A DNA stretch of 32,000 nucleotides, taken from positions 1,613,260-1,645,259 of the forward strand of contig NC_010085.1 of NCBI RefSeq assembly GCF_000018465.1, given 5' to 3'. The notes under the pieces were generated by a model. It saw only the letters and a list, made by a program, of their open reading frames with translations, did no database searches and had not been told where the DNA came from. Source of the stretch: Nitrosopumilus maritimus SCM1 (GTDB lineage Archaea; Thermoproteota; Nitrososphaeria; Nitrososphaerales; Nitrosopumilaceae). The stretch's first letter is position 1; each line of letters begins with the position of its first letter. Shown piece by piece: positions 1 to 9,392 of this stretch. Both the position numbers and the translations under genes were made by a program.

Positions 1-1
1 A

Positions 2-802
2 CACCCATTACGGGCACTCAAAAAAGCTGCAAATAAAATTGCAGATGGGAATTTTGAGGTTAGGACCAATATCAAAACAAGAGATGAGATCGCAGATTTA
101 TCTAATGCATTTGATTTGATGGCACAAAAATTACAAGAATCATTAATTGAAATTAAACAAAAGGACGAAGTCATCAAACAGCTTGAAGGAGACATGTTGT
201 TAAAGTTCTCACAACATGAAGAGAATGATTGTGTAGGAGTAATTGACATGGCAGACTCTACTAGAATATCATCAAAATTATCTGATCAAGATATTTCAAA
301 ACTATATGAAATATTTTTGAATTTTATGGCAAAGATTGTTCTTAGACATAAAGGAGAAGTCATAAAAAATATTGGAGATGCATTGATGTTCAGATTTGCA
401 AATGTGGATACCAGTAATGATGAAGAATTAAAAAATATTTTAGAATGTTGTTTAGATATGACTGAATCTCACGGTAAATTAGATGAGGAGCTCAAGAAAG
501 CAAATTTGCCTAGTTTAGATTATAAAATAAGTTTAACATACGGTCCTGTAAAAGTAGCTGAAAGTACTACTTCAAAAATTAGTGATGTTTTTGGTCCTAC
601 CGTAAATAGATGTTTTAAAATCAATTCACTTTGTCCTAAAAATAGTATAGTTGTCGGTGAAAATGTTCATAATATTTTCAGAGATTTTTCAGAATACGAA
701 TTTACAGAATTATGTATAATTGAATTAAAACAAAAATATGGTTACAATATTTTTGAAGTTAGAAGAAAAGGACTCGATGGTTTCGGGTCAAAATCTGATT
801 AA
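2..802 (+). CDS. HAMP domain-containing adenylate/guanylate cyclase-like protein (5' truncated by the window)
   Basis: The frame of ORF 116..802 stays open to the window edge and adds HPLRALKKAANKIADGNFEVRTNIKTRDEIADLSNAFDL, a HAMP-like pattern. Downstream has class III cyclase-like motifs VIDMADST, KNIGDALMFRF and VFGPTVN. Confidence 0.75.
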   Translation, partial: HPLRALKKAANKIADGNFEVRTNIKTRDEIADLSNAFDLMAQKLQESLIEIKQKDEVIKQLEGDMLLKFSQHEENDCVGVIDMADSTRISSKLSDQDISKLYEIFLNFMAKIVLRHKGEVIKNIGDALMFRFANVDTSNDEELKNILECCLDMTESHGKLDEELKKANLPSLDYKISLTYGPVKVAESTTSKISDVFGPTVNRCFKINSLCPKNSIVVGENVHNIFRDFSEYEFTELCIIELKQKYGYNIFEVRRKGLDGFGSKSD

Positions 803-1953
803 TTTTTAGAAAAACCAAATCTAGATGCCCATCCTGATTTTTGTTTCTTTGTTGGTTTTTTTGATAGATTGTTAAGCATGTCATATGTGATTGTAAATCC
901 ATGGCCAACCATGGTTGCATCATTTGTATAATTCTCCTTGTTAGGAACAAATTCGTCTGCCAAATCTTTGATTTTCTTTGTTTTTAGATCAAATAATCTT
1001 ATTTTCTTACCATTCTCTAATTCAATTTTAGCATCACCACTCAATCCTTGTATTGAGAAATTTTCAAAGAATCGAATTGAGCCTCCTTCTTTTAGTTTGA
1101 TTACAGAATCATAGGTAAGTTTTCCTCCATAAAATAAGACCTCGCGTGCAGAAATTCTCACATCATCTTCCACATTTAGCACAATAACAGTATCAGCATC
1201 TAATGATACAGTATTGACTACATTTTCAGCAATAATTTTTCCATTTGGAGCAGAAATACTAGTTCTATGCTCTAGAATTTTATAGACGCCAACTTTACCA
1301 TCAGGATCTTCAACTCTGAATTTTCTGCCAAAAATATTTCCCACAACAACATTTCCGTTATCTACAGTAATTTGTGCCCCATTTTCAATTTTGTATTTAT
1401 TTTCCACAGGATCAAAAAATTTGAAGTCTCCTTTTGTTAGATGAATGTTTGTTTGAAATTCTCTAGTCCATGACGGACTAGTGATACTTCCTTGCATAGT
1501 AATTGGACCGTCATAAGTTAAACTTCCTGCCATGAAATTTCCTTTAATAGACAAAGCACCATTAGCTTTTCTTTCTAATTCAATTTCACCAAGAGTTTTT
1601 GAACCAAATAATCTAGTTCCAGTAGAATTTGCTCTGTTGTGTGCAGCAGCCCATTCTTCGGCTGTTTTCATTTCTTTAGATAGTTGTTGACCCAAAATCT
1701 GATTTTTTCTTCTTACATCAGCTTCAGATTCATCAGAATAAACTCTAGAGTTTTTTATTTTTTCAATATCTGTTTCGGGATATTTTTTTCCAATTTTTAG
1801 ATCTTCATATGCTTGTTTAATTTTTATGAATTGTTCATTTTCTCCACCACGATCAGAGTGATATTGAAGAGCTAATCTTCTAAATGCATCACGGATCTCT
1901 TTTTCAGTAGTCCCTTCAACAATTCCTAGGATATCATAATTACTTTCAACCAT
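799..1953 (-). CDS. J-domain (DnaJ-like) protein with long beta-rich C-terminal region
   Basis: N-terminus YDILGIVEGTTEKEIRDAFRRLALQYHSDRGGENEQFIKIKQAYEDL is a J-domain, but the loop motif is HSD rather than HPD. Confidence 0.8.
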   Translation of the reverse strand: MVESNYDILGIVEGTTEKEIRDAFRRLALQYHSDRGGENEQFIKIKQAYEDLKIGKKYPETDIEKIKNSRVYSDESEADVRRKNQILGQQLSKEMKTAEEWAAAHNRANSTGTRLFGSKTLGEIELERKANGALSIKGNFMAGSLTYDGPITMQGSITSPSWTREFQTNIHLTKGDFKFFDPVENKYKIENGAQITVDNGNVVVGNIFGRKFRVEDPDGKVGVYKILEHRTSISAPNGKIIAENVVNTVSLDADTVIVLNVEDDVRISAREVLFYGGKLTYDSVIKLKEGGSIRFFENFSIQGLSGDAKIELENGKKIRLFDLKTKKIKDLADEFVPNKENYTNDATMVGHGFTITYDMLNNLSKKPTKKQKSGWASRFGFSKN

Positions 1954-2052
1954 GTCTGATAGTCCCCGAATAATTTTTCATAATTCCTATACTTGTAGGT
2001 TATCACATTTAGAGAATATCAAGGGTTTGAAAAGAAAAATTAGAAAGATGTA

Positions 2053-2481
2053 CTATTTGACAACTAGTACAGGTATCTTGGTTTTGTGCATGACATAGTT
2101 TGATGTGCTTCCAAGAAATGCTTCTTTGGCGCCACCCATGCCTCTTGCACCAATTACGATCATGTCAAATTTACCTTTTTTAGCATATTTGACAATTTCA
2201 GAGCCGGTGTGACCACCACCTGTTTGATACTTGAATTTGGCGCCAGCTTTTTGGGCTTTTTGCATTGCAGGACCAATTGCTTTTACAGCCTTTTTCTGGG
2301 CGTCATCTTTCATCTTTTGTGTATATTTTATTCCTGCTGCAATAGGTAAATGAAATACGTAAAAGCCGGTAATTTCAGCACCGCTACCTTTTGCAATTTC
2401 AATTGCTCTATCTAGACCACGTGTAGCATTTGCTGAGCCATCAAGTGGAACAAGAATTTTTGAGAATTTTCCCATAATCAA
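2053..2481 (-). CDS. universal stress protein, UspA family
   Basis: KILVPLDGSANATRGLDRAIEIAKGSGAEITGFYV at the N-terminus and GARGMGGAKEAFLGSTSNYVMHKTKIPVLVVK at the C-terminus (G-2x-G-9x-G-S/T type ATP motif). Confidence 0.93.
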   Translation of the reverse strand: MIMGKFSKILVPLDGSANATRGLDRAIEIAKGSGAEITGFYVFHLPIAAGIKYTQKMKDDAQKKAVKAIGPAMQKAQKAGAKFKYQTGGGHTGSEIVKYAKKGKFDMIVIGARGMGGAKEAFLGSTSNYVMHKTKIPVLVVK

Positions 2482-2583
2482 AAAATAAAATTATTCAATA
2501 TAAGAAACAGAGGCGATTTTCAGTATTGAAAATTATGTTATAGGATATAGGTTAAATTTTTGAATTTAGTAAGAAAACAACAA

Positions 2584-3879
2584 ATGTCAGAATTAGATCG
2601 TCACATGGGACTTTTTCATCTTACCATGTATGGTGTCGGATTAATTTTGGGTGCAGGAATTTATGTATTAATTGGAGAAGCTGCTGAATTTGCAGGAAAT
2701 TCAATGTGGATTTCTTTTTTGATGGCTGCAATAGTTGCTATGTTTGCAGGATTAAGTTATGCTGAATTATCTGCATTATACCCAAAAGCAGCAGCAGAAT
2801 ACACTTTTGTAAAGAATGCATTTAAGAATAATTTTTTTGGTTTTATTATAGGATGGCTAACAGCCATTACAGGGGTCATAGTTGCAGCAACAGTTTCACT
2901 AGGATTCGGAGGGTACCTTACTCAGTTTATTGATTTACCAATTACAATTAGTGCTGTTTTTCTCATTATTATTTTATCTATTGTTAATTTTATCGGAATA
3001 AGAGAATCTGCTTGGGCAAATACCATTTTTGCATTAATTACTGCAGCAGGACTTGTTCTCATTATTTTTCTTGGTTTTTCAATGGAACCAATTGAACCGA
3101 TTGATTATTTTGAAGCACCAACCGGAATGACTGGCATAATTCTAGCATTTGTGTTAATTTTCTTTGCCTTTATTGGATTTGAAGATATGGCAAATGTTGC
3201 TGAAGAAGTTAGAAAACCAAAGAAAACAATTCCAAGAGCAATAATTTTGTCCATAGTGATAACTGGGATAATTTACATCCTAGTTTCGTTAGCATCAATT
3301 CGAATTCTGAATTGGGAGAATTTAGCTTTATCTTCAGCACCTTTAGCAGATGTTGCACATTCCGCAATAGGCGTGAACGGGAGTATCACACTTTCATTAA
3401 TTGCGCTTTTTGCTACGGCAAGTACTGTTCTAATTACACTAGTTGCAAATGCTAGAATTCTTTACGGTATGGCAAAGAGCAATTCTCTTCCTAAATTTTT
3501 GTGCAAAGTTCATCCAAAAACTAAAACTCCATGGCTAGCTGTTATTGGAACTTTAGTGGCGTCAGTAGGTTTTGCCTTTGTTGGAGATATAGTAGTTATT
3601 GCAAATATCGTCGTTTTTGCAGTAGTAATTACTTTTGCAGCAATTAACTTGGCAGTGATTGTTCTGCGATATACAGAACCAGTTTTAGAAAGACCATTTA
3701 GAGTTCCAGTAAATGTTGGAAAATTTCCAGTTCTACCATTGTTTGGATTTGGTACAACGATTTACATGGCATTACAGTTTGAAGTTGAAGTAATTCTTGT
3801 TGGATTAGTAATAATTGCAATTGGTTCTGTTTTGTATGTGATTTTAAAGAGAAGAAAAGATTTTATGAATTCTGATTAA
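2584..3879 (+). CDS. APC-superfamily amino acid permease
   Basis: Multi-TM protein with GVGLILGAGIYVLIGEAAEFAGNSMW and FIGFEDMANVAEEVRKPKKTIPRAI. The track starts at TTG 2560, but ATG 2584 gives a more typical N-terminus. Confidence 0.9.
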   Translation: MSELDRHMGLFHLTMYGVGLILGAGIYVLIGEAAEFAGNSMWISFLMAAIVAMFAGLSYAELSALYPKAAAEYTFVKNAFKNNFFGFIIGWLTAITGVIVAATVSLGFGGYLTQFIDLPITISAVFLIIILSIVNFIGIRESAWANTIFALITAAGLVLIIFLGFSMEPIEPIDYFEAPTGMTGIILAFVLIFFAFIGFEDMANVAEEVRKPKKTIPRAIILSIVITGIIYILVSLASIRILNWENLALSSAPLADVAHSAIGVNGSITLSLIALFATASTVLITLVANARILYGMAKSNSLPKFLCKVHPKTKTPWLAVIGTLVASVGFAFVGDIVVIANIVVFAVVITFAAINLAVIVLRYTEPVLERPFRVPVNVGKFPVLPLFGFGTTIYMALQFEVEVILVGLVIIAIGSVLYVILKRRKDFMNSD

Positions 3880-4532
3880 TTCTTTTTAGATTTTGCAAGT
3901 GCGACAATTGCAATTGCTATACCTATTAGTCCAAAACCTATTCCTGCATAACCCATATCCATTTGTTGTGGAGTTTCTTCTAGGTTATTGACAGAATCTT
4001 TCAGATCACTAATGTCTTCGATTAATGCAGTGTGTCCATCAATCATTTGTTGTACAGTAATATCAGATGGTTCAGGGAACTCAATGTATGCTCGTTCTGC
4101 AACTTTTGGGGGATGCATTGATAAACTAATTGGAGTATCTTCAATTGTTCCCAACATATTTGCTTGATAAAATCCAGATACGGTTGGATTTACAAATGCA
4201 TAGTATTTTCCAGGAATGTTGTGATCAGGAGATAGTGGGAGTGTTATACTTTCATCTTTGTAAATTAATTGCATTTTTACTGTTTTTTTCAAACCTTCAA
4301 CTCCATTTTGAAATTCTTGTGATTCAGCACATTTGATTGGATCTGTAATTTCAGGACATGGATCCATAGGACTAACATAGAATTCAATAGCATTTGTTTC
4401 TCCTGAGACAACTGGTTCATTCATCCAACCAATCTCTACCCTATATTCCCCAACAGCATCAACAGTATGTCCATATGCAATACCAATTGAGCCTGGAATA
4501 ATTAGCAAGAGAAGCAATATGCTTAGTTTCAT
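3876..4532 (-). CDS. hypothetical secreted, C-terminally membrane-anchored protein
   Basis: N-terminal signal-like MKLSILLLLLIIPGSIGIAYG, C-terminal TM GYAGIGFGLIGIAIAIVALAKSKKN, long ORF without convincing antisense competitor. Confidence 0.75.
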   Translation of the reverse strand: MKLSILLLLLIIPGSIGIAYGHTVDAVGEYRVEIGWMNEPVVSGETNAIEFYVSPMDPCPEITDPIKCAESQEFQNGVEGLKKTVKMQLIYKDESITLPLSPDHNIPGKYYAFVNPTVSGFYQANMLGTIEDTPISLSMHPPKVAERAYIEFPEPSDITVQQMIDGHTALIEDISDLKDSVNNLEETPQQMDMGYAGIGFGLIGIAIAIVALAKSKKN

Positions 4533-4603
4533 AATAAAAAAAATCTATGATTGATTTTAAAAATGTTCTATGTTAATTGGAAAGAATTTGAGCTTTGTAC
4601 CAA

Positions 4604-6049
4604 TTATGCATCAGCATACATTGAAACTTCCCAAGCTGTTGGAGTTTGAGCAAATGCAACATATTCCTTGTATTTTAATTCAGAATACACATTAAGGAAA
4701 TCTTTGGTAAAAACTTCTTCAAGGAATTTTGAATCAGATCCCAAAGAATCAAGAGCACCTTTCAAAGATACAGGTAATGAACCAATTTTGTATTCTCGTT
4801 TCTTTTCTGCAGAAAGTTTGTAGACATTTTCTTCAATTGGATCACCAGGATCAATTTTGTTTTTAATTCCATCTAAGCCTGCAAGTAATAATGCAGCTTC
4901 TAAGAGATAGATGTTTGCAGTAGGATCAGGAACTCTGTATTCTAGTCTCTTACTTTTTTCTTGATTTCTATTATACATTGGAACTCTTATTGCAGCAGAT
5001 CTGTTTGCCAATCCCCAACAAACATTGACAGGTGCCTCAAAGCCAGGAACAAGACGCTTATAGGAATTGGTGGTCGGATTGGAAATTGCACATAATGCTG
5101 ATGCGTGACTTAAGATTCCACCAATATAGTATCGTCCGGTTTGACTCATTTGTGCAAGTTCATCATTTTCATCATACATTGCATTTGAATCTCCATTCCA
5201 CAAGCTTTGATGAGTATGCATTGCTGATGCATTATCACCAAAAATTGGTTTTGGCATAAATGTTGCAACTTTATTTTTTCGTTTAGCTTTAACTTTAACT
5301 AAATTTTTTACTCCAATAACATTATCAGCCATTTGTATCATTTCATCATATACAAGATTAATTTCACATTGACCAGAAGTTGCTACTTCATGATGTTCAG
5401 CTTCAATTTTGATGCCAAAGTGGTTGTATAGATCATCACAAACATCTTTTCTAAATCCTTCAAGTGTATCTTTAGGTTGAGATGGATAATATCCTTCTTT
5501 GATGTCTATTGCAGTACTTACATTTCCTTTAGCCCAAGGTGATTCCTTAGATTCAATTGAATAGCCTGAACCACCGTACGAATGTGTTGCTGCATATGGA
5601 GATGGATAAACATTGATAGTATCAAATACAAAAAACTCTATTTCAGGTCCCCAATTGGTATGAGTAAATCCAAATTCGCCTAGTTTCTTTGATGCTTTAT
5701 GTGCAATACCTCTTGAATCTCTATTGTATCTTGAGCTTTCATCTGTGCTACCATCATACAAATCACAAAATATTCTGGCATTTGTTCTATGTCCAGGATC
5801 ATAATCAGATGGAAGAATTTTAAATGAATTTGGATCAGGCATTAAAATCATATCAGAATTATTTACTGACTTGAATCCAACGATTGAACTTGCATCTAGT
5901 TTTTCAAGACCATTAACAAAACTATTTTTATCAATTGCATAGCTTGGCATTCCAACATTATGTAATTCACCAAAGATGTCTACAAACCAAAAATCAATAA
6001 ATGCAATTTTTTCATCTTGTATAGTCTGTAATACTTGATCTGCGTTCAA
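4604..6049 (-). CDS. glnA: glutamine synthetase (paralogue 1)
   Basis: KLDASSIVGF, NWGPEIEFFVFD, HHEVATSGQCEI, MHTHQSLW, NPTTNSYKRLVPGFEAPV, NRSAAIRVP and RLEYRVPDPTANIYL. TTG start inferred. Confidence 0.95.
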   Translation of the reverse strand: MNADQVLQTIQDEKIAFIDFWFVDIFGELHNVGMPSYAIDKNSFVNGLEKLDASSIVGFKSVNNSDMILMPDPNSFKILPSDYDPGHRTNARIFCDLYDGSTDESSRYNRDSRGIAHKASKKLGEFGFTHTNWGPEIEFFVFDTINVYPSPYAATHSYGGSGYSIESKESPWAKGNVSTAIDIKEGYYPSQPKDTLEGFRKDVCDDLYNHFGIKIEAEHHEVATSGQCEINLVYDEMIQMADNVIGVKNLVKVKAKRKNKVATFMPKPIFGDNASAMHTHQSLWNGDSNAMYDENDELAQMSQTGRYYIGGILSHASALCAISNPTTNSYKRLVPGFEAPVNVCWGLANRSAAIRVPMYNRNQEKSKRLEYRVPDPTANIYLLEAALLLAGLDGIKNKIDPGDPIEENVYKLSAEKKREYKIGSLPVSLKGALDSLGSDSKFLEEVFTKDFLNVYSELKYKEYVAFAQTPTAWEVSMYADA

Positions 6050-6136
6050 TTGATATTTTTAGAAAATCAATTTACTAATGTTATCATGTAAGATAGATTT
6101 GTCAAGATGGTCAGGTAAATTAAAAAAATTTCAGAA

Positions 6137-7483
6137 TTAACTGGTTTTTGATGCTTTTATGGCATCTAATTCATCTTCAAAGAAGAATTTATCACCAAAT
6201 GCAGGTTTTAGATCATCTAACCAAATTGCATTTTCATCATATTTTGCAAAAAATGGTTCTTTAATCCAATTTGGATTTCTACCTTGCAAAAATCTCAAAA
6301 TTAGTAATTTTTCACCATTAATTTGTGTGGTTCCTACAACTTGGACTTTTCCTGGTGTTGCAGACATACTTGGTCCACGAACAGTTCTACCTAATCCACT
6401 AACAGTTGAGTAAGCCTGACTAAAGATTTCATATGCTTTGACTAAAGGCACACCAAAGTAATGTTGAGCTCCAGTATCTCTTACAACAAACATGTAGTAG
6501 GGGATACAACCAAGTTGAACTTGTTTTGTCCACATATTTGCCCACATTTCTGCATCATCATTGATATGAGCTAAAAGTGGAGATTGAGTTCTAATCTGGG
6601 CACCAGTTTTCCTTACTTCTTTGATTGCTGATTTTACAGCATTGGTAGATAATTCGTTTAGATGATTAAAATGTGCCATGAATGCAAGATGCAGACCACT
6701 GTCAGTGATCTTTTGGAAAACTTGTAACATTTCTTGGGAATCTGAATCAGTCAAAAATTTGTATGGCCAATAGGAGAGAGCTTTTGTTCCAATTCTAATA
6801 GTTTTGAGATTTGGTAATTTTGCTTCAATTAATGCATCAACATATTTTGAAAACATTTTTGCTTTCATTATCATTGGATCACCACCAGTGAAAAGAACAT
6901 CAGAAATTTCAGGGTGTTCTGAAACATATTGAACAAGTTGTTCTCCCTCTTGCATTGCAAATTTCATTTCATCCATTCCCACAAACTGTGGCCATCGGAA
7001 ACAAAAACTACAGTATGCATGGCAAGTTTGACTTTGACTTGGAAAGAATAAACAAGTCTCTTTGTATTTGTGTTGCATTCCATACAATTTTGTGCCATCT
7101 TTTAGAGTTGGAACATTTAGTTCCATCTGTCCAGCTGGATGAGGATTAAGTTGTAAGCGAATTTCATTTGCAACATTTGCTATTTCTTTTTTATCTGAAG
7201 TATTTTTTAGAGTATTTTCCATTTTTGCATAATGTTCTGGTTTTAACATTCCTCTCTGAGGAAATGTCAATACATACATTGGATCGTTTGGAATATCATT
7301 CCAATTAATTAATTGTTCAACAACATAGTTATTTGCCTTGAATGGTAAAACATTTCCCACAACTTCCATTTCAAATTGTTTTTCTTCAGAAATATTCTGA
7401 ATTTGTGGAAGATCGCGAAAATTTGATAATGTATATGATTTTAGCGAAGGGGAATCATCCCAAACTGATTCTTGATAGGTCAT
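6137..7483 (-). CDS. KamA-family radical SAM protein (lysine 2,3-aminomutase-like)
   Basis: Radical SAM cysteine motif CHAYCSFCFRW (CxxxCxxC), FTGGDPMIM, IRIGTKALSYWPYKF and late PGKVQVVG. Substrate specificity cannot be assigned from sequence alone. Confidence 0.85.
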   Translation of the reverse strand: MTYQESVWDDSPSLKSYTLSNFRDLPQIQNISEEKQFEMEVVGNVLPFKANNYVVEQLINWNDIPNDPMYVLTFPQRGMLKPEHYAKMENTLKNTSDKKEIANVANEIRLQLNPHPAGQMELNVPTLKDGTKLYGMQHKYKETCLFFPSQSQTCHAYCSFCFRWPQFVGMDEMKFAMQEGEQLVQYVSEHPEISDVLFTGGDPMIMKAKMFSKYVDALIEAKLPNLKTIRIGTKALSYWPYKFLTDSDSQEMLQVFQKITDSGLHLAFMAHFNHLNELSTNAVKSAIKEVRKTGAQIRTQSPLLAHINDDAEMWANMWTKQVQLGCIPYYMFVVRDTGAQHYFGVPLVKAYEIFSQAYSTVSGLGRTVRGPSMSATPGKVQVVGTTQINGEKLLILRFLQGRNPNWIKEPFFAKYDENAIWLDDLKPAFGDKFFFEDELDAIKASKTS

Positions 7484-7709
7484 TTAGTAAATAGTATGTT
7501 CACCCTTGTTAAAGGTTACAGGCTCAATACTATTAATTTTCTATAAATAATGATAATATGCCTTAACGTTTTATTCAAGAATATGAATTGGAGTAAAATG
7601 GTGACTAAATCTGGCTGAAGAAGACTTAACACAAATCTCTGTTGGTGAATTTGAAACAGTTTCTCAGTTATTAGCATCTTCGGAGTCACTTCAAATTGCA
7701 TTTACAATA

Positions 7710-9353
7710 ATGATTTTAGGAATTATTGGGATTGTTATAGGATATAGAAAATTTTCATCTTGGATAGGTTCTAAAAAGATCTATTATCAAAGACCACATT
7801 TTTCTAGATTTTTAAGAAGAGCTGTTCTGCCAGTTTTTGCAATTGCGTTAATTACAGCTATTAATATTCATGTACAAACTGGTGTACTGTTAGGAGAAGA
7901 TTTTTCACTTGGGGTTGATGAAGGAGTTTCTCCACAAGAAATTTTTGCAAAAATTCTCAATACATTCAATATTTTGGTAATAGGCTATACAATTTCACAT
8001 CTTGTTCCTATAGCTCTTACAAAATATGACAAATCTGGTTTAGAGAAAGAAGATTTTGATGCATGGTTTGAGATGAGAGGATTTATCGATGATAAAGATG
8101 GCTTGTTTCATAAACTCTACAAATGGCTTCCACCAAAAATGACTCCCGAAGACTTGACAGATGAAGAATTCAATGAAATGCTAAAATCAAAAGAAGGAAT
8201 GAAAAAACTAGAAGAGTTTAGGACTGCGAAAGGAAATCCTATTGGTGGATATGAAAAGTTAGTTGACAATCCATTTGAAGAATGGAAAAAATCAGAGAGA
8301 GGTAAATATCAGAAATATTACCAAAATTGTGTCACTGGAAATAATCAATCTGGAAGAAAATTAAGACCGGGAGCAAAACCGGATGAGATATTTCCTATTG
8401 ATATTTGGAGAGAAGAAAAAAGAACACACGGATATGAACCAATTATTCCAAGTAATCGTCCTCCAGGATATGCAAAGAAGAAAAGAGAAGGAATTCCAAG
8501 ATCAGCAAAACAAATTCTGCCAATTGGAATTTTTATTGCAACAATTTTAGGAGTTGTTGCTTGGTGGGGTGTTGATTTAATTGTATTAGCTACTGCAACA
8601 GGTGGATTAGCAATTGGTTTAGGTTTAGCATTGCAAGAGACAATGCAGAACTATTTTGCTTATATTTTGATTAGAAAAGACAAGATTTTCGTTGAGGGTG
8701 AACGAGTACAACTAGATACAGGGTATAATGGGTATGTACACAAAATCACACCTAGAGTTACATATGTTAGAGATGCATTAAACGAATCAATCGCCATAAT
8801 TCCTACAAGACAGTTAGTCAATGCACAGATTGTAAATTATACACAAGGAGTAAAGATGGTACCTGCAATTGTTGATGTAGGTGTTTCATATCTAAATGAC
8901 CCAAAACAAGTTTCAGCAATTCTTGTTAAAGTAGGAAAACGTGCAATGAAAGAAGTTGTTGATGCTAAAGGAAGACACCTAATAAGACAACGAAGATGCC
9001 CTTATCTAGACATCAATAAACCAAGTTGTGGTTGTGACAAGGATATCCATATAGACATTAATCAACCAGTGATTAGATTTAATCAGTTTAATGATTCATC
9101 ATTAGATTTCTCATTATGGGTATATGTTCGAGATTATGGAGCTCAATTCAAAACAAAAACAGACATGAGAATTATCATGTATGAAGAATTTAAGAGATAC
9201 GACATTAGAATTCCATGGCCAATTAGAACAGTTTACCAAGGAGATGAAAAACGCGAACAAGAAGAGATTGACAGACTCAAGGAACAAAGAAAGAAGGTTA
9301 TTGATGAATATGGTACAGGCGACATTGGTCGTGGAAGTGGAGAAGACGAATAG
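7710..9353 (+). CDS. MscS-family mechanosensitive ion channel
   Basis: Several N-terminal TM segments, then LAIGLGLALQETMQNYFAYILIRKDKIFVEGERVQLDTGYNGYVHKITPRVTYVRDALNESIAIIPTRQLVNAQIVNYT, an MscS pore and beta domain. The real 5' end may be upstream (see findings). Confidence 0.88.
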   Translation: MILGIIGIVIGYRKFSSWIGSKKIYYQRPHFSRFLRRAVLPVFAIALITAINIHVQTGVLLGEDFSLGVDEGVSPQEIFAKILNTFNILVIGYTISHLVPIALTKYDKSGLEKEDFDAWFEMRGFIDDKDGLFHKLYKWLPPKMTPEDLTDEEFNEMLKSKEGMKKLEEFRTAKGNPIGGYEKLVDNPFEEWKKSERGKYQKYYQNCVTGNNQSGRKLRPGAKPDEIFPIDIWREEKRTHGYEPIIPSNRPPGYAKKKREGIPRSAKQILPIGIFIATILGVVAWWGVDLIVLATATGGLAIGLGLALQETMQNYFAYILIRKDKIFVEGERVQLDTGYNGYVHKITPRVTYVRDALNESIAIIPTRQLVNAQIVNYTQGVKMVPAIVDVGVSYLNDPKQVSAILVKVGKRAMKEVVDAKGRHLIRQRRCPYLDINKPSCGCDKDIHIDINQPVIRFNQFNDSSLDFSLWVYVRDYGAQFKTKTDMRIIMYEEFKRYDIRIPWPIRTVYQGDEKREQEEIDRLKEQRKKVIDEYGTGDIGRGSGEDE

Positions 9354-9392
9354 TTTTCTCAAAACTTAAGAGTCCCATTAATTCACATTTTC

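Noticed and set aside
759-950. Antisense ORF 759..950 and similar short track ORFs (e.g. 4130..4336, 5032..5259, 6955..7149, 9899..10213, 11843..12055, 15821..16111, 23001..23252, 26525..26764)
   Set aside because: They lie opposite confidently assigned genes, have low-complexity or Ser/Phe/His-rich translations and no recognisable domain; expected shadow ORFs.
3876-6049. Functional link between the secreted protein and glutamine synthetase
   Set aside because: Co-orientation alone is not enough; there is no recognisable domain to support it.
7516-7701. Minus-strand 61-aa ORF upstream of MscS
   Set aside because: No domain signal; it overlaps the upstream extension of the MscS frame, which looks more protein-like.
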